This document shows positions 62,819-64,000 of a DNA stretch of 64,000 nt, in pieces. The position numbers were made by a program, and so were the translations under genes. The stretch covers positions 6,510,001 to 6,574,000 of the forward strand of contig NC_043000.1 of assembly GCF_006345805.1 (NCBI RefSeq), written 5' to 3'. This stretch comes from Octopus sinensis (taxonomy: Eukaryota). The first letter of the stretch is position 1. The number at the start of each line of letters is the position of its first letter. Below the pieces are notes generated by a model, which made no database searches, had not been told where the DNA came from, and saw only the letters and a program-made list of their open reading frames with translations.

Positions 62819-63150
62819 GTGTATGGCTCAGTGGTTAGAACATCAGGCTCACAATCATGAAGTAGTGAGTTTGATTCCCAGACTGGATTGTGTGTTGCAT
62901 TCTTGAGCAAGACACTTTATTTCACATTGCTCCTGTTCACTCAGCTGTAGAAATGAGTTGCAATGTCACTGGTGCCAAGTTATATCAGCCTTTGCCTTTC
63001 CCTTGGCATCAGTGGTATGGAGAGGGGAAGCTGGTATGCATTGGCAATTGCTGGTCTTCCATAAACAACCTTGCCTAGACTTGTACCTCAGAGAGTAACT
63101 TTCTAGGTGCAATCTCATGGTCATCCATGACCGAAGGGGATCTTTACACA
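62819..63150 (+). mobile_element. SINE family C
   Basis: Head gtatggctcagtggttagaacatcaggctcacaatcatgaagtagtgag. Confidence 0.8.
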
Positions 63151-63156
63151 TCGATG

Positions 63157-63570
63157 CCAAATATCTCGGTCCTTTGTCATCTCCTCAGGACACTGAGCTT
63201 TACAGAGGAGATGACAAAGGACTGAGATATTTGGTACCTTGCTGTACTCAAGAAGACCTTTCCACCACAGCAGAATTATTAATGCCATACCCACTGTTGA
63301 AGAGGATTGGCTTGCAAGAGCCCTGCACTGGTGCCACATTAAACCACCTGTGCTGACACCATGTAAAAAGTTCCCTTGTTGGGGCCATATGATAGCACCC
63401 ATGCCAGCACCATGTAGAAGCACTCATGCTGGTACAACATAAAATTCACTTTGTACACTCTCTAAAGCAGTTGGCATTAGGAAGGGCATCCAGCAGGCCA
63501 GCACTACTCAAACCATCCCGTGATTGCTAGCATGGAAAACAGATGCTAAATGATGAGGATAATGATGATG
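63157..63570 (+). mobile_element. 5'-truncated RTE 3' end with a 30-bp fold-back at its 5' junction
   Basis: Homologous to 265-555; arms at 63157-63186 and 63205-63234 with one mismatch. Confidence 0.8.
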
Positions 63571-63596
63571 ATTATGATTTAATGTATACAAAGTGT

Positions 63597-63906
63597 GTGG
63601 AGGCACAATGATCTAGTGGTTAGGGCAGCAGACTTGCAGTCAGAGGATCATGGTTTCAATTCCCAGACCAGGCGTTGTGTGTGTTTATTGAGTGCAAACA
63701 CCTAAAAGCTCCACAAGGCTCCAGCAGGGGGTGGTGATGACCCCTGTTGTACTCTTTCGCCCCAACTTTCTCTCACTCTCTCTTCCTGTTTCTTGAGTAA
63801 CGCTGCGATGGACTGGGGTCCCGTCCAGCTGGGGGACACATATGCCACAGAAACCAGGAAACCGGGCCCATGAGCCTGGCTAAGCTTGAAAAGGGCAACG
63901 TTTATC
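63597..63906 (+). mobile_element. SINE family C variant with a 13-bp TSD
   Basis: TSD gtatacaaagtgt at 63584-63596 and 63907-63919. Confidence 0.92.
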
Positions 63907-64000
63907 GTATACAAAGTGTACATTTTCAATGACTTTGACTCCTCAACCAATTGGATTCAGCAAGTATGGATGATTTATGTAACTGTGCAGTGTAAATGTA

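Overview
This is AT-rich, repeat-saturated animal genomic DNA. The SINE, MITE and microsatellite families match those I recall from Octopus (coleoid cephalopod) assemblies; that taxon call is inference, not a database result. There are no prokaryotic features and no CRISPR array, and there is one 100-N scaffold gap (30823-30922). Most of the window is tRNA-derived SINEs of three families, decayed LINEs (RTE, CR1, R4/Dong), Tc1/mariner elements and MITEs, piggyBac- and hAT-like MITEs, a Helitron helicase remnant and long microsatellites. The one well-supported host exon is 1910-2126 on the minus strand and encodes a single transmembrane segment with a Cys-rich tail, so much of the window may be intron. 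Almost all long ORFs in the supplied track are microsatellite or TE artefacts. The most interesting signal is a set of type I hammerhead-ribozyme motifs on the minus strand. One has a fully intact core (16365-16412). Its sister copy sits in a 351-bp circularly permuted monomer with template-switch inversions (16847-17309), which looks like a non-autonomous Penelope-mobilised retrozyme. All alignments, folds and counts were made by eye and need computational confirmation.
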